Assembly (NCBI RefSeq): GCF_018350175.1
Contig: NC_058368.1
Location: forward strand, 64,296,001 to 64,360,000
DNA from: Felis catus
Lineage: Eukaryota
Length of the DNA stretch: 64,000 nucleotides
Direction: 5' to 3'
Made by a program: the position numbers and the translations under genes. A model generated the notes under the pieces. That model was not told the origin of the DNA. It worked only from the letters and a program-made list of their open reading frames with translations, and searched no databases. This document shows, one piece after another, positions 13,137 through 25,949 of the stretch. Within the stretch, counting starts at the first letter, position 1. Every line of letters begins with the position of its first letter.

Positions 13137-15000
13137 GCACTCCTCATTGACGAGATTCTGAGGCTGATGCAGTGAAGAGATTTCTCCATTTAAGAAGTCA
13201 GGTTTTAGACCATTTTATTTGAAATAATGAGACGCATGTGATTAATTTCCTAAAGAATAATTTTACTTTTGTCTTTTTGGGGGAAAGATGTGCACACTAA
13301 GTAAAAATGAACAGCTGTTGAGAATAAAAGGAAAATGCTTCATTTAGAATCTATTAATTTCTATCATCATTGTTCAGTACAATATCCTCAGACTTAATTA
13401 CTCATATAAAGAACATTATGACTAAATGTGAAATAAAGTCTTCTTTACTCCCCTCAAGATTTTTTTCCCCTTCTTCTACCACAAATTGTGTCACTGACTT
13501 TTTATTTATTAACTTTTTAACATAAAAATTCCACTATGGTAACTAGCTGCATTCTAAAACCCATTTAATCAAATTGTGATATGCATGACAGTACCTACTT
13601 TAGCATTATTTTGCTCCTTTCTCCCGTTTCAGTCTCAAGCAAAGAGATATATTGTCAGTTGTGACTGCTGGCATCTCTATTTTGAGGTAGCAGGGCTCTT
13701 AAAAATTACTAGTAGCATATATAATATCAAGCTTACTTTTTTTTCCTCGGGGATAATTTAGATTGGCTCCCATGTAGCTCTAAATGTATCACTTGCTGAT
13801 GACAGGAGGAAAGAAAGGAGGCTGTGAAGACTTATTGACAGCTAAAAGAGGCTCCAATTGATTATCTTCAAAGAAATACAATAGGAGGAAGCTACTTTGC
13901 TAAAAGCACAGCTTTGAACAAGCCCTCTATTAATTAATTGTCAGAGTTGAGAGTAAAAATGGCACCTAACGGGAGAAAAACTAAAGGGAAAGGATGAGAC
14001 AGACAAAAGAGGCCTTTATTTAATGAGTGTATTTATTTTATACCTTTGGTTTTCACTAAGCTGTTTCATTCATATCCACTAAGTGCGTGACAATAAATGG
14101 TGATATAAAATAAAAGCAAAATAAGACACAGCACAACAAACTAAAAAGACAGATGGAGCTCATTGTTTAACAGAATTATTCAATATTTCACGGAGTGGAT
14201 TTAATAAGTAAATACAGCAGTGCGTAATAACAGTGGTCATTCCTTTTTCACATTTCTTTTTCCTAATGATCTTGAAATAATATATCATTCAGTAATATGA
14301 CTTGAGTTTATTTTAGTTTTGAATGTGAGGAAAAAAGTGTTGTTTAGTTGATGCATTTGGTAATTGCGAAATTAGATGCCTATAGGTGAGAACAGGGTTC
14401 ATTAATTTTAGATGGCCTGGGAATAAAAAAAAAAAAAAAAGAACATTTTCATTTTGGAATGATTTTATTTCTATGTCCAGGAATGGGTTTGCAGATTACT
14501 GAAATGTAGACCATACATTACAACAAATAACTTTATGTTTACTTGACAAATATAACATAGTCCATTATAACTTTTCTAAACCTGGAATAAGTTTATCTGA
14601 TGCAATAATCATGAAATTTTATTGCAAGCTTATTAAAAATATATTGCACATTATACTCCTACAGAAATTTTAAGGATACTATTAATGCGATAACTACCTA
14701 TTAAGATATAAGGAAATAAGATAAATGTTCCCTTTTTCTATTAAAAATAAAGTTTACTGTTTCATAATTTAAGATGGAATCAAACCATATTTACATTTAT
14801 ATTAATAAGATATAAATTCTGGACTCAATATTTAGAGTACCATGACATAATAACTAGTATTCATTTTATTGTGTTTATGTAACTAACAGTGAAAGTTGAT
14901 CTATATCGGATGCAGTTTCCTATATTGAATAACAGGTAAGAGAGAGTTCTTCAACTATGGATTTGCTTGATATGATTAAGTCCATCTTGAGAATGGTTGT

Positions 15001-15060
15001 ATTTAAATTCTGAAATGGAATTTTATACTCATTTAAACTCTGAAATGGAGTTTTATTATC
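15001..15060. repeat. 30-bp tandem duplication (2 copies)
   Basis: atttaaattctgaaatggaattttatactc / atttaaactctgaaatggagttttattatc, 26/30 identical. Confidence 0.9.
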
Positions 15061-15371
15061 ATTGTACGTAAATTAACTCAGCCACTGAGAAGTTGGCTAT
15101 GCTCTGTGAGCTGGTCTGGAGGGCCATCCTTGTTCAGCTCTACCCCACTGGTCTCTCATTCTTTCTGATACTTCTCTTGTAAATAAGTGGTACCTCCCCT
15201 ACTTTCTGTTTTGAGAGCCTTTCACTGGCCAGGGGGATTAACCACTCCATTTTTTGTGCTCCCATTGTAGACTGTACAACTTTTTTATTCCACAATAACA
15301 ATGTATTACTCTATTGTGACTTACCTATTTCTTCTTAGCAGACTGTATGCATTTTAAAAGTAAGAGAAATA

Positions 15372-15396
15372 CCTTTTTTCTTTTCTTCTTTCTTTT

Positions 15397-15458
<62 letters not shown>

Positions 15459-15474
15459 TTCTTCCCTCCCTCCC

Positions 15475-15530
<56 letters not shown>

Positions 15531-15532
15531 TC
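15372..15532. repeat. (TTTC)n microsatellite expanded from a SINE tail
   Basis: Two perfect TTTC runs separated by a TTCC/TCCC patch. Confidence 0.97.
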
Positions 15533-15708
15533 GAGAGAGAAAGAGTATAAGCAGGGGAGAGGGGCAGATGGAGAAAGAAAGAATCATAAGCAGGCTCCAC
15601 GCTCAAGAGCAGAGCCTGACACGGGGCTTAATCTCATGGCCTGAGATCATGACCTGAGATCATGACCTGAGCTGAAATCAGGAGCCAGAGGCCTAACAGA
15701 CTGAGCCA
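15533..15708 (-). mobile_element. Can-SINE lacking its first ~12 nt; internal 13-bp duplication
   Basis: Reverse body stops at gactgagcca; cctgagatcatga tandemly doubled at 15640-15665. Confidence 0.92.
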
Positions 15709-15870
15709 TGCTCTCACGGTTTGTGAGATCAAGCCCCACATCAGGCTCTGTGTTGACAGCATGGAGCCTGCATGGGGTTCTCTCTCTCCCTCTCTTTCTG
15801 CCCCTCCCCTGCTTGCATGTGCTCTCTCTCTCTCTCTCTCTCTCTCAAAACAAATAAATAAACTTTAAAA
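15707..15870 (+). mobile_element. Can-SINE lacking its first ~50 nt
   Basis: Starts at catgctctcacggtttgtgag; (CT)n tract and A tail intact. Confidence 0.92.
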
Positions 15871-15906
15871 ACAATCCACCCAATGGCCCATGTAAAACAA
15901 GTTTTA

Positions 15907-16120
15907 GGGGGTGCCTGGGTGGCTTGGTCGGTTAAGCGTCCGACTTCGGTTCAGGTCATGATCTCACGGTCCGTGAGTTCAAGCCCCCCATCGGGCTCTG
16001 TGCTGACTGCTCAGAGCCTGGAGCCTGTTTCAGATTCTGTGTCTCCCCCTCTCTCTGACCCTCCCCTGTTTATGCTCTGTCTCTCTCTGTCTCAAAAATA
16101 AATGTTAAAAAAAAAATAAA
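15907..16120 (+). mobile_element. Can-SINE
   Basis: gggggtgcctgggtgg head, full body, A tail; gttttag at both flanks. Confidence 0.95.
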
Positions 16121-16769
16121 GGTTTTAGTCTTTGTATTAGGAAAAACTTACATTTTTAAAAAAGCATAGTCTTTAGCAACCTTTGTTTAATGCTCTACTA
16201 GTTGCTGACCACCTGCTTTTGGGGGGGGGGGGCATCCCAGGAACCTAGCCCTACGGTCCTGTCTGTAACCACCTTGCTCCACGTTCTCTTGCTGTCTCCC
16301 AGCACACCAGTGGCTGTCAGGGATAGGAACAGTCACTTCCTATTTGGGTAGCACCATGATACACTCTCTTTAACTAAGACGTATTACTTCAGGAAGCAGC
16401 CATGCAGGCACATTATGTCTAATCTAATTATAAATATTTGCTAAGGCTATGAAAAACATGTGAAGCATTTTAATATTTATGACTCTATAGTTTTATTAAG
16501 ATATTAATTCTTCAAATTAAAAAAATTCATATTCAGCAGGATATACTTTAGAATGGGTAAATTATAAGCTGAATATAATTTAAAAACCTGGCTATTTGCA
16601 TAATGGGTTTTAGTATCAAGGTTTAATTGGGCTGAAAACCTTTCCACTCTAAGTTGCTCACCCTCTCCCTGTTTCCCTAACTTTGCATTCCATATTTTGC
16701 TATAGGTAACTCTAGTTTATTGAGTCTATCTAGGTACCATTACTTCTTTATGGCCATTTATTTTCAGAA

Positions 16770-17150
16770 ACCCTATAGAGATAATTATCCTCATTTTACA
16801 ACTGGAGAAACAAACCCGATGCTCAGAGAGTTTAAGCACCTTGCCTGATTTCACAACTCATCACGTGTGGTTGAGGCAGAAATCACAAATATCTCTATCT
16901 GACTCCAGAGCCGTGTTCAGTGCACTGCAGGCTCAGGCAGGTGTGCAATGTGTGTAGTAGGCTTTGCCATGTAGAAACCCACTGAATCCTGACACTGCCA
17001 CCATGGTCTAGGTATGCTGATTCATTATTTGCAGGTGAGGAGAAAGAAAAGTTGAAACAAGTCTCCAAAGTCCCTGAGCAAATTAAGAGAGGCCAGGATA
17101 CAAAGAGAAATCCCATCATTCCAAGTTCAACGCTCATTCCACTGCTTCAA
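16770..17150 (-). mobile_element. Two adjacent MIR remnants
   Basis: attatcctcattttaca...gctcagagagtttaagcaccttgcc...tctgactccagagcc; second core ttttgcaggtgagg...ccaaagtc. Confidence 0.7.
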
Positions 17151-18046
17151 ACCTGCCTGACAATGCTTTTGCACATGTCCTTACAGAAAAACAGTATCCT
17201 CATTCAGAAATTGCAAAGTGGTCATGGCTGGATCTGTGACCTATGAATTTAGAAGTCAGTTTCAGTTGGCCGTAGCCTGAAGGTACACATTATGGTATGG
17301 TAATTCAGGTATTCATTAGGGAAGAGAACAGAAAAAAATAAAACTCAAGTGTAAAAGGGATTAGCAGAGGGCATATACTAGGCTCTTTCTGACCTGCCAT
17401 TAGCTTCCCTGACAGATCTCACTTTTAATGGTCTTTCTCCAACAACGTGGTCTTCAAGGACATTTCCTCAAAATCTGAAGTAGGATCATGATTGAACAGC
17501 TAAAGGGGCACAGATTCAAAGACATGTATTAGCAGAAAAAAATAAGGTTATTTTATGATAATTATCACTGAAAATTCTAAAGCTTCAATCAGAGAAGCAT
17601 TAGAGTCTAACAAAGATCTCTGGTATAGATGTGTGGAGATGGTTCGCATTAAGGATAATTTAGGAAGGCACAAATTAAAAACAAGGAAAAGGATTGAAAA
17701 CGCATCTAAAAGTCAAGTCATAAGATTGCACGGCCCTACAATATAAATGAGTATTACAATATAATTTGATATTAAGCTCTATGTATTTTCTTGTACAGTA
17801 AATATTTTTGAGCTATAATCTATATATGGACATAAAATATGTGTTTTCTAAATTTAGTATTGGGCATGCACAGCTTCTAAAATTAAATAGCAAGGTGGGA
17901 CCTAAACAGTATCTAGAATTGTAAATTTACCAAAGAAGATTAGAACAACATAACTCAGGCACTATGAAAAGTATATTGTATGTATTGGGTTTATATTCAT
18001 TAGTGAATTTAATCTTTAAGATAATCATTGGAGTATATCGGCCCCC

Positions 18047-18270
18047 ATTTATTTTTAATGTTTATTTATTTTTGATGAGAGAGAGAGAGAGAGAAAGAGG
18101 AAGCAGGGGAGGAGCAGAGAGAGAGAGAGATGAAGACACAGAATCCAAACCAGGCTCCAGGTTCTTAGCCGTCAGCCCAGAGCTCCACACAGGGCTGGAA
18201 CTCATGAGCTATGAGATCATGACCTGAGCTGAAGTCAGACGCTCAACTGACTGAGCCACCCACGTGCCTC
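18047..18270 (-). mobile_element. Can-SINE
   Basis: Full reverse body with (GA)n; tcgg(c/g)cccc at both flanks. Confidence 0.93.
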
Positions 18271-18281
18271 TCGGGCCCCTA

Positions 18282-18488
18282 ATTTTTATTTTATTTTATT
18301 TATTTATTTTGAGAGTCAGAGAGAGCATGAGTCGGGGGGGGGGGGGCAAAGAGAAGGAGAGAGAGAATCCCAAGCAGGCTCCACACCATCAGTGCAGAGC
18401 CAGATGTAGGACTCAAACGCACGAACCACGAGATCACGACCTGAGCTGAAGTGGGATGCTTAACCGACTGAGCCATGCACACGTTCCC
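18282..18488 (-). mobile_element. Can-SINE, in tandem with the previous one
   Basis: Reverse body; followed by (AAT)n at ~18500-18537. Confidence 0.92.
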
Positions 18489-18902
18489 ACCACAAATTAA
18501 AATAATAATAATAACAATAATAATAATAATAATAATAAAATAACATTAATTAGCTCCTGTTGCCAGACAAGTGTTCAAATGTAGTGTTGAAATCCAAATC
18601 TGTTTGAGGACAAACCCACTGCCTTTAATAACCACACTGTATTCCTACTTAATATGTTCATTCTGCCACTGTATACATGTGTCAATGGTCACGGTGAAGA
18701 AGGATATAAGAATAAACAACTAATTTAAAACCAGACATGAGGTGAGATGACAGGACATAAACAGAAAACACTGTAACTCTAGAAAATAGGTTTCGATGAG
18801 CAACTTAGAGTAACAAACTACCCAATTGTACTTCATTTAGAATAGAGTATTATAATATTTAATAAAATAATTATTTTATAAAAATTAATTTATGCTCTGA
18901 AG

Positions 18903-20095
18903 ATTTTTTATTAAAGTGTAATTGATAAATAAAATTATATTAGTTTCAGGTGCACAACACTGATTCAGTATTTGTATGTATTGCTAAATAATCACCCCAC
19001 TGGGGCGCGTGGGTGGCTCAGTCAGTTAAGCATCGACTTCGGCTCAGGTCATGATCTCACCACTCATGGGTTCGAGCCCCACGTTGGGCTCTGTCCTGAC
19101 AGCTCAGAGGCTGTAGCCTGCTTCAGATTCTGTGTCTCCCCCTCTCTCTGCCCCTCCCATGCTTAGGCTCTGTCTCTGTGTGTGTCTCTCTCAGAAATAA
19201 ATAAAACATTAACAAAACTTTAAAATAAATAAATAAATAATCACCCCATTAAGTCTTCAAAATCAACAAAATTTACCTTTTCCTTATGATGAGAATTTTC
19301 AGATTTACTCTTAGCAACTTCCAAATGTGCAATACACCATTATTGACTATAGTCACAGTGCTGTACATTACATCTCTATCATTTATTTTATAACTGGAAG
19401 TGTGTACCTCTTGATCCCTTTCTCCCATTTGACAACCTCCCAACTCCCTCTCTTCTGCCAACCACCAACTTGTTCTCTGTATCTATGAGTTACGTTTTGT
19501 TTGTTTGTTTTGATTTTGAGATTTCATGTACAAGTGACATCACATGGTCTCTTTCTCTGTCTGACTTATTTCACTTAGCATAATCCTCTAGGTCCATCCA
19601 CATCATTGCAAATGGTGAGTTTTCATTCTTTTTTGTGGGTGGATGGCATTACACTGAACAAATATACCACAGTTTATCCATTTATCCATTGATGTACACT
19701 TGTTTGCATATGTTGGCTAATTGTAAATAATGCCGCAATGAACATAGGGGTGCATATATATTTTTGATTGAGTGTTTTCATTTTCTTTGAATAAATACCC
19801 AGAAGGGGAATTCCTGGATCATATGGTATTTCTATTCTTAATTTTTTAAATTTAAAGCCTCTGAACTGTTTACCATAGCATTGCACCAAATTACATTCCC
19901 ACCAGCAGAGTACAAGTGTTCTCTTTCCTCCACATCCTTGCTAACACTTGTTGCTTCTTTTTGATAATAGTCATTGTAACAGGGGTAAGGTGCTATATCC
20001 TTGTGGTTTTGATTTGCTTTTTCCTGATTATTAGTGATGTTGAGCATCTTTAATGTGCCTCTTGGTCATCTGTACATCTTCTATGGATAAATGTC
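18903..20095 (-). mobile_element. L1 (L1MA9-like) 3' UTR and ORF2 C-terminal remnant
   Basis: tttactcttagcaacttccaaat...tatagtcac...cttatttcacttagcataat; ORF remnants IEIPYDPGIPLLGIY and CTPMFIAALFTI (19674-19889). Confidence 0.92.
19002..19233 (+). mobile_element. Can-SINE inserted in L1 3' UTR
   Basis: TSD taaataatcacccca at 18985-18999 and 19234-19248. Confidence 0.96.
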
Positions 20096-21297
20096 AGCAC
20101 ATAGTTTCAGGCTGATTGAAAGCTAGATCCTTAGGCAGTAGAGTTTAAGGTAAGCAAATACATATAGTCCTGTGGGACAATTGTAAATCCTGCTGGCTTT
20201 CAGACCAGGTGACCTGGAGGTGTCCTCTTGGTGACGGTTGCAAATATTGGGGCTTCAGATGAATAGATGAGCTCTTTTGTGCATGTGCTGGCAAGCTATT
20301 ATGTGGCCAAGGGAGAGCAAAAAGATGACATTGTCTGGCCTATGTTCCTTGAGAACCCTTCTGTAGCCCCTGGATGTGTGATAAGCATATGGCTTTCCCC
20401 TAGGAAGACTGGGGATATGTTTCAGTCTCATGTCTGTGTGGTACGCTGGGGGTGATAGCCTGCCAAGAACTGTCACTCTGTTTGTTCCAGATCTGTGGGG
20501 CCCTGAAACACTATCCCCCTGGCCACTAGAGCAAGATGCTCAGGGGCATTCCCTGTGTGGGCTACATGCATGGCTTTGGTGGGGCTATAGGAGCCATACT
20601 CTGGTGGACCTTCAGTTATCAGCTTTGGTGGGAGTGTGGGAGCAAGGGTGAGGTGCTCAGGCTTTAGCAGGATTGTGGGAGTAGTAGGTGGTAGAGTATG
20701 CCCCATGGTGCTGGCAGGTCAGAGGGGAGTGCATAAATGGCGCCCATCAGTGCCTCAGGCCCTGGAGTGGGTTCTAACAGACTTCTGCGCCTCTGGCAGA
20801 TGCTTTAAGATTAGCAAATGAATCTCCTTTTCATGTGCTCTGGGTGCTTTGTAAACTGCTCCCGTTTGGCTGTGTCCTGGGGCAAGTGAGTCTGTGCACC
20901 AGCCCCTTAAGAGCTGAATTTTCATTCCCTATTGTCCTCTGGTTCTCCTAGATATATCCTCCCTGGTTTTCAGAGCCATATATTTGGGGGGGTTCATCTC
21001 TCCTATGCACATTCCAAGGGTTGGGGTGCCTGGTGTGGAGCATAAACGCTTCACTCCTCAGGGAGAAGCTCTGTATTTGTGAGATCCCTCCCAATCATGG
21101 GTCACCACACCAGGGGTTGGGTTTTTGGTGAGACCATGTCTCTGCCGCTCCTACGACTCTCAGTGTGGTTCTTTTATTCTGTATTGTGGAGAAGATGTTC
21201 AGCTAGCTTTTCAGAGAGAATTGTTGCATACATAGATATAATTTTGTTGTGTTGGTGGGAGGAGGTGAGTTCAGAATCTTCCATATTGAACATCTCC
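20096..21297 (-). mobile_element. L1 5' UTR (L1M2/L1MA-type), joined directly to the 3' fragment
   Basis: GC-richer tract ending ggaggaggtgagttcagaatcttcc...catct, the reverse of a typical L1MA 5' terminus. Confidence 0.75.
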
Positions 21298-21357
21298 AAT
21301 AAAAATAATTTGTATTTGCCTTTGGAAAGTTTTCCTGGCCATTAAGTTTAGCTCAGG

Positions 21358-21590
21358 ATTTCATTGATTCATTGATTCATTCACTCAACATAGGTTTATT
21401 ACATACTCATGGTGTGCCTAGATTCAGAGGCGATTCAGTGTGATTAAACAATCACATTTAAGGAGAGTATGAACATTTGATGAGCAGGACAGAGTCTGTG
21501 CACAGACCCTTTGGCAGGAACTTGCTAAGCCTTCCAGAGACTAAGAGAGCCAGTAGGGCAAGAGCCAAAGGAGCTAGGAAAGCATAATGA
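21358..21590 (-). mobile_element. L2 3' end remnant
   Basis: ttcattgattcattcactcaaca...tttatt...gtgtgcc. Confidence 0.65.
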
Positions 21591-23293
21591 AGAACTAATT
21601 ACAGAAGAATTAATTTTGCTTTTCATTAATAATATCTTCAAAATTTATTCCTCTCTGTATAAAATTTATTGGAAAAAAAGATGTATTCCATCTCATAAAA
21701 GTAATAATACATAATATACCATCAATAAAGTATTAAATATCTATTATTAAATAGTTTGTCTAAAATTTTTGAAATATTACCATCACTTTTACAACCACTT
21801 ATGCTGATAGCTCCTGATATTTTTACAAGATTTAATTAGAGAGGTAATGTTTTATTTGAAAGGCATATACTTACTTTTACATAGCAATAAGAATGGAAAT
21901 GAAGATTTCTATGCACAAAGCACTTAACATACAGATATATATGCTTAATATGTATTTTAAAATTTAATATAAATGATTTTTAAGAGGGAGAAGTAGAGGC
22001 TTGATTAGTTTTTTATTGTTCTATATTTAATCAGTCCTAAAATATAATTACAATCCTAAAAGAAAATTAGTCTCCAACTGAAAACTTTATTGAAAACTAA
22101 GTGGCCTCACTAAAGATTTTAGTCATGAAGTCTTGGAGAAATTTCACTTTTATTTATAAAACTTTTGCCTTGGCCCTTCTGTTCGTGATCCAAAGGCAAC
22201 ATTTCTCTAGCTGCTAAGCTATTCTGTTTTCTGCTTTCTAACATGCCAACATCAAAGCTGTAACTCTGCCCTTTCCTCTCCTCATCCACGTCAGACCCAG
22301 GGTAACTGGGAGAACTTTCAACATCAACAGCAGCTCCTCTTACTGATAAACAAAGCACAAAGACAGAGGCATGCGGTTGCCAGACATAGAAAGCAGTGGG
22401 TGAAAGCGGCATATTCCCTTTTCTATCCTCAGAGAGTAGAAAGACTGCTATCGTGCGTGGCATGATCCTAAGTTAAAATAATGTTTATTTGGGTGGGCCT
22501 GCTATACAGGAAACGTTAAGATACTGAAAACTGCCATGGAAACAATATGAACTGTACAACTAAAGGTGAGTGAGCTCAGAAGAGGGGGGAGGTGAGTGGT
22601 ACTGAAGACAGGGGTAAGGAGACAGCTCTGATGCAGTCTCTGCTCACACAAAGACTTCATGAAACACCTCCACTCACAGACTCCCAATATGCTTTATCAG
22701 CATCTTTTGCACTCACAATTCTCTTTGCTGAGGTTCCAAGGATATAAAACAATAATAAAATATCCACCCCTCAAAGCCTGCCATTTTCTTATAGACTTCA
22801 TACTTGTTAAGTTGAAATTTGGAAGTACCAAGAATACATTTGAAATATCATAGTATTCAGAAAAGGAAATGTCACATGCATAATATGACATATGTATGTA
22901 TGCATCGTGTCCTTAGTAGGACGATATGTGGTGCGACCACTGGCTGTGACACTGCCTGTCCTCATCAGCCTGGGTAAGCCCTGCTTTTTGATATGTTATA
23001 CTTGGACACCGTGCGTCATTTTTCACAACAGGTATGTTTCATTTCAGCAATATGTACTGCTTTTTCAGATTTATAGTAAATTTTATTGTCAGCATTAGTC
23101 ATTTAACATCCTGTGTAAAATCATAACCTGCTGTAGTACTTTTGTATCTTTTTGATTCTGTAATTCCACTTTATTCTTAATTCCTGTGGGGCATATGTGC
23201 ACCCCACCCCCAATATCTTTGGGGACATGCAGAATAAGTTGCGTTTGCTGCCTGCTTTTAATTTCATAGTAAAAGTTTTTTTCTCAGAAAAAA

Positions 23294-23430
23294 ATATATG
23301 TATATATGTATATATAAAAGTATATAAATAATATATACTTATACACACATGTATATGTGTATATATATACACATGTGTATATATACACATATACATGTAT
23401 GTAAAACATGATATATAGGACATATATATG
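23294..23430. repeat. TA/CA-rich low-complexity tract
   Basis: Directly visible. Confidence 0.85.
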
Positions 23431-23479
23431 ATGACATATTGCATACTAAGGCACTATATTATAGCCGCATGGCTACATG

Positions 23480-23840
23480 GGCCTCCTTTTGATCTTCAAT
23501 GTGACAAACAGATTCTTGCCTCAAAATCCTTGCACTTGCTAGTTTCCTCTTCCTGCGATTCTGGTGCTGGCTTTTCTGACATAAGGCTCCTTCTTATTTC
23601 TTTGGTCTATGGTCAAATATCATCTTCTCTAAGAAATCATTTCTGATTTCTCTAAAGCGGTCAACCATCCCCTCAGTATCATAGCACTCTATTATGTATT
23701 TATGTATTGTGTGTCTCTCTTTACTTACATGCTATCTCCATGATAGCCGGAAACTTACTCGTGCTGTATTCCACTATATTTCGGGCACCTAAAACTGATT
23801 CTGTTACTAGCTGTGTCTGATTAAAAATGTTTCCCATTGA
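23480..23840 (+). mobile_element. L2 3' fragment
   Basis: ccttgcacttgct...ttcctcttcctg...caaatatcatcttctc...ctccatga...ctgtattcc...gcacctaaaac. Confidence 0.7.
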
Positions 23841-25435
23841 CAGGTTTGTTTATGGGTCATTGATATGCTCCTTATTAATTAGTAACACTTCTTTATTGAT
23901 AGATAATGATTTCCCCAGAGGATTCTGAGGTCCAAATTTATAACCTACAGTTGAAAATTTTGTATGATATAATTAGCTCACATGTTATTCTTGCTTCCAT
24001 CATGAGTGAAATGCAGATATGGATGGTTGAGTAAATGAGTAAATAAATTAATAAAATAATGAGTAAAGTCAGGCCTTAGGAAGATCACTGCACCTTTCAA
24101 CAATGATGTCTAGAAAGAAAACCAGCACCTTTATAGCCCTTGATGCCAATGACAAAGATGACTAAGTGGCCTGATAAATTTTAATTTCTGATTCAAGCTG
24201 GCTATTGGTATTATCTTCACTAGCAAATCACTTTTAAAGAAAGGATACACATAAGTTATTTCTGAAAAATTGGAGTCACATCTCTATCTTAGAAATAGAG
24301 AAATGACCATGTACTCAAAATGAGATGGAAAACAGTGAGTCCAAACCAAGTCCTATTGCATTAATTCCATACTAAAATTGAGACATCATGGAGGTACCTG
24401 ACTTACAGATGACGAGTAATTTTGGTAGGCAATACACACTTTTTATTTCATCTAGAAAAGTTTTTAACATCTAAAGGGAAGTCAACAAATACTGTCTGAC
24501 TCTTTTCCATGGTAACTGTCATGTCAAAGTTACATCAAAGGAAATTAAAGAGAGCTCAATACTGCCAGATAGTTGTAAAGCTAGGAAGTAAGATTCTTTT
24601 AGAATTAGACTCTCTGTTAGAAATAAATAAATAAGTACATGACCATTACTTAGTCAAGTAGCGGGAAATATTTCGTTGTTCTTTTCACTGCAGAGGTCTG
24701 TGTATTCCAGTCTCCTAAATCAGCAGCCTCTAGCCTATGGTCCACTTACCATAAAAGTTATATGAAATATCTGAGAACTTAATTCATTAGTTCCAATATC
24801 ACCTTTCCCTTAGTGTGAAAGCAGAAGTAACATTACTAAATTAATCAATAGAATTCTCAATTTCCAAATATAAATGTCCCTGGTGTCAGAAAATGGTCAA
24901 TTCTCTATATTGGAAATAAAAACTTAATAGTGAAAACAAATATTTTCTTTCATAAAAATTTAAAGTTGGCTTCATATGGTTTGAAATACAATATTGTCTA
25001 TTTTCAATTAGGGGACTATAATTTCCAAAGAGAACACTGATCATTATTATTTTTATAATTTGTGTTTGGATATTCTGTAAGTCAAATTAAAGGCTCAAGA
25101 TTTTCAACACTACTAAGGAAATATTAGTGTTGGATCTGCCTTGGGAGTCTTCATACAGTCAAGAGATTTGCCCATTTGTACTAAAGGGACAGAATTCATC
25201 AGTTATAGAACCACTGAGGTTTTATTTTAAAATTCAGACAGAAGTGTTGATACTGACTACATCAGTTCAAACACAATTTTTTTATTTTAAAAAAGCTATG
25301 ATATTCCCTTTAGACTAGTGTATATAGCTTTGTGTCTCAGGAATCCTTTAAGAAAAATAGGCATAGGTAAAAGCCTGCAATATATAGGCAGGCTTTTACC
25401 TATGACTATATATAGATATATTATATATATTATGC

Positions 25436-25437
<2 letters not shown>

Positions 25438-25468
<31 letters not shown>
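25438..25468. repeat. (CA)n microsatellite
   Basis: About 15 units. Confidence 0.97.
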
Positions 25469-25469
<1 letters not shown>

Positions 25470-25949
25470 TAAAGTTCAGAGCATGCTGAGAATTACTTAG
25501 ATCTCTCAGTATGTCAAACTGAAAAACTCCTGCTGATGTCTAATTCTTTGTTCAATATATTCTCATTGAGTGTATGAAGCACAGTCATTGTAATTATAAT
25601 TATGGACAAACCTTATTTTGATTATATAATAATGTATCCAAGAAGGAATGAAAGGCTGCATTTTTCAATATGTTGAGAGATGAGTGTTACTTTGAATCCC
25701 TTTTATTTTATTTTATTTTTTGCATTTAACTTTTCCCAAGTTCCAAGTAATATTTTGTTCACACATTTCTTCTTAAAACATGAGATCAAAAGAAAACTAA
25801 AGAAAAAAGAAACAACTCAGTGAAAATTTTATTCATTTCTATAAACCTTAAAATATTATGTTTTTCCTTTCTGTGATTAAGCGACGCTTGCTATCACAGA
25901 AAATAATTATAAGTATATTATCCTTAATCATAAACATGTGCTAAGTGCA

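Noticed and set aside
15325..15606. KERK-repeat and FLSF-repeat ORFs
   Set aside because: Translations of the (TTTC)n SINE tail.
22119..22463. 114-aa - strand ORF
   Set aside because: No recognisable homology or - strand splice structure; the + strand signals here are more coherent.
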